Source: Kiritimatiellia bacterium (GTDB lineage: Bacteria; Verrucomicrobiota; Kiritimatiellia; RFP12; UBA3636). Taken from it: a stretch of DNA of 64,000 bases. Position 1 is the first letter of the stretch. The number at the start of each line of letters is the position of its first letter. The translations under genes and the position numbers were made by a program. The DNA lies in contig JAGCJJ010000007.1 in assembly GCA_017648065.1 (NCBI GenBank), positions 4,167 to 68,166 on the forward strand. Direction: 5' to 3'. This document shows, piece by piece, positions 62,707-64,000 of this stretch. The notes beneath the pieces were generated by a model. The model saw only the letters and a program-made list of their open reading frames with translations, was not told where the DNA came from and did not search any database.

Positions 62707-64000
62707 TTAACCAGAGAATATTTGCTCGGTAAATTCATCAATGCGATTCTCTATTTCAGTAATTAGAGAAAGAGAAAGCAAATCATTTGCATAATCTTCG
62801 CATTGCTTAATTGTAAAACGTGAGATTAATTCTCGTGCTCTGTTGATTTGGATAGCCTCGATACTGAATGTTCTTAGACCAATACCAATAAAGAAAGGTA
62901 TGTAACGAGGATCACGGCCCATTTCTCCACATACAGATACATTTACGCCCTTACGAGCAGCAACATCTGCAATTGTCTTTAGAGATCTCAATATAGCAGG
63001 GTGGTGTGGAAGATAGTATGAAGCAACGCTATCGTTTGTTCTATCAACACCTAAAGTATATTGAATTAAATCATTTGTACCAATAGAGAAGAAATCAGAT
63101 TCCTCTGCAATAGTATCAAGAACTGCCAAAATTGCAGGGATTTCAACCATTGTACCGATGTTTGGTATGATAAGCTCTTTATCGCCTAATTCTGCTTGGA
63201 TACTATCTAAGCAACCCCAAAGACGCTCTTTAGCAGCAACAATCTCTTCTACTGAAGATATCATAGGGAACATAATAGATGCATTTTTGCAGTTTGTATA
63301 TTGGATTGCACGAATAATAGCGCGTAGCTGCTGATCCATTATGTTTGTATAGCGAAGGGTGAAACGCATAGAACGCAAACCCATAGCAGGGTTTTCTTCC
63401 TTTGTTTTATAAAGATAAGGAAGAACTTTGTCACCACCAGCATCGAGAGTTCTAAATGTAACAGGTTTACCATTAGCCTCTTGAATTAGGCGTGTGTAAA
63501 TATTTAGCTGCTCTGCCTCAGTAGGCAATGCTTGACGCATGATAAATGGAAATTCTGTTCTATAAAGACCAATACCATCAAAGTTCGCTTTGCGAGCATT
63601 TTCAACATCTGCAATCAAGTTGATGTTTGCCATCAGCATAATGCGCTCGCCATCAAGAGTAAATGTCTCGGTTGTAGATGGTGTCTGTGAAATTACAGAA
63701 TTAGGTGTGTCAAATTTTTGAGCTTGGCTACGGAGTTCAAAATTATATTTGCGCTCATCCGTAGGATTTACATAAAGATAATCGTTTGCACAATCAATAA
63801 TAATCTGATTACCAGCAGGGATACGTAATAAATCTAGCTCTTTAACAATAATTGTTGGGATATCTAAAGAACGCACCAATAGAGAAACATGAGCAGTTGC
63901 TCCACCAGCAATTAGTGCAATGCCTTTTACATTGCCTTGTGCGATTCTAAGAATGTCTGAAGGAAGTAATGTATCAGCAATAATGATGTGTGGGCGAGTA
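62707..64000 (-). CDS. phosphoenolpyruvate-protein phosphotransferase (PTS Enzyme I, PtsI/PtsP), 5' end beyond the window
   Basis: GLYRTEFPFM, LDAGGDK, MVEIPA, FFSIGTNDLIQYTLGVDR, SVCGEMGRDP. The frame stays open upstream of the track TTG start to the window edge. That stretch contains the phospho-His motif GGATAHVSLLVRSLDIPT. Confidence 0.9.
   Translation of the reverse strand, partial: TRPHIIIADTLLPSDILRIAQGNVKGIALIAGGATAHVSLLVRSLDIPTIIVKELDLLRIPAGNQIIIDCANDYLYVNPTDERKYNFELRSQAQKFDTPNSVISQTPSTTETFTLDGERIMLMANINLIADVENARKANFDGIGLYRTEFPFIMRQALPTEAEQLNIYTRLIQEANGKPVTFRTLDAGGDKVLPYLYKTKEENPAMGLRSMRFTLRYTNIMDQQLRAIIRAIQYTNCKNASIMFPMISSVEEIVAAKERLWGCLDSIQAELGDKELIIPNIGTMVEIPAILAVLDTIAEESDFFSIGTNDLIQYTLGVDRTNDSVASYYLPHHPAILRSLKTIADVAARKGVNVSVCGEMGRDPRYIPFFIGIGLRTFSIEAIQINRARELISRFTIKQCEDYANDLLSLSLITEIENRIDEFTEQIFSG

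Noticed and set aside
1-64000. Scan for CRISPR arrays, tRNA/rRNA genes, transposases, integrases, reverse transcriptases and phage genes
   Set aside because: I noticed no spaced direct repeats, no tRNA T-arm (GGTTCGAAT-like) contexts in intergenic regions, and no DDE/tyrosine-recombinase/RT motifs in any ORF. A by-eye scan can miss degenerate elements.

Overview
This is a 64-kb chromosomal window from a moderately AT-rich diderm bacterium. LPS and envelope genes are present: lpxI, lpxB, an OM beta-barrel, an AsmA-like protein and a PpiD-like protein. A HydE-type radical-SAM maturase suggests an anaerobe. The genetic code is standard, since TAA, TAG and TGA all end well-supported genes. Four traits recall PVC-superphylum or Elusimicrobia-like anaerobes: many class-III prepilin-signal proteins, a Pmp-like GGAI/FxxN beta-helix protein, a Bacteroides-type Fkp, and LpxI. 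The lineage cannot be fixed from this sequence alone. All calls come from reading motifs in the ORF track and the DNA. No database search was run.

Most of the window is housekeeping:
- RluA-family pseudouridine synthase, tsaC, araB, lpxI-lpxB
- a TPP riboswitch upstream of thi4-thiE-thiD
- cdd, a DEAD-box helicase, coaX, secA, a HAD hydrolase, miaA, radC, pepN
- ribD-ribE, rpsA, eda, nadC, dxs, trmL, hydE, and a window-truncated PTS Enzyme I

The stand-out is a ~10-kb operon (10.1-20.1 kb). It encodes a GspF-like platform protein followed by eight pseudopilin-type proteins. These include an insertion-bearing GspG paralogue, a Cys-cluster pseudopilin and a giant 1135-aa GspK-like protein. No ATPase, secretin, GspC/L/M or prepilin peptidase lies anywhere in the window.

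Other points worth a second look:
- an accessory-looking pair of secreted proteins at 24.3-28.0 kb, one with three tandem copies of a ~200-aa domain and one a Pmp-like beta-helix, sharing a C-terminal STIIxI ending
- a chimeric protein (histone-H1-like basic tail, MM3350-like core, acidic tail) whose gene overlaps fkp
- a pseudokinase-TM-Sel1 protein directly after secA
- an orphan terminator with a candidate ~105-nt sRNA at 21.99-22.10 kb
- an orphan TadC-like gene

I recognised no tRNA, rRNA, CRISPR array, transposase, integrase or prophage gene.
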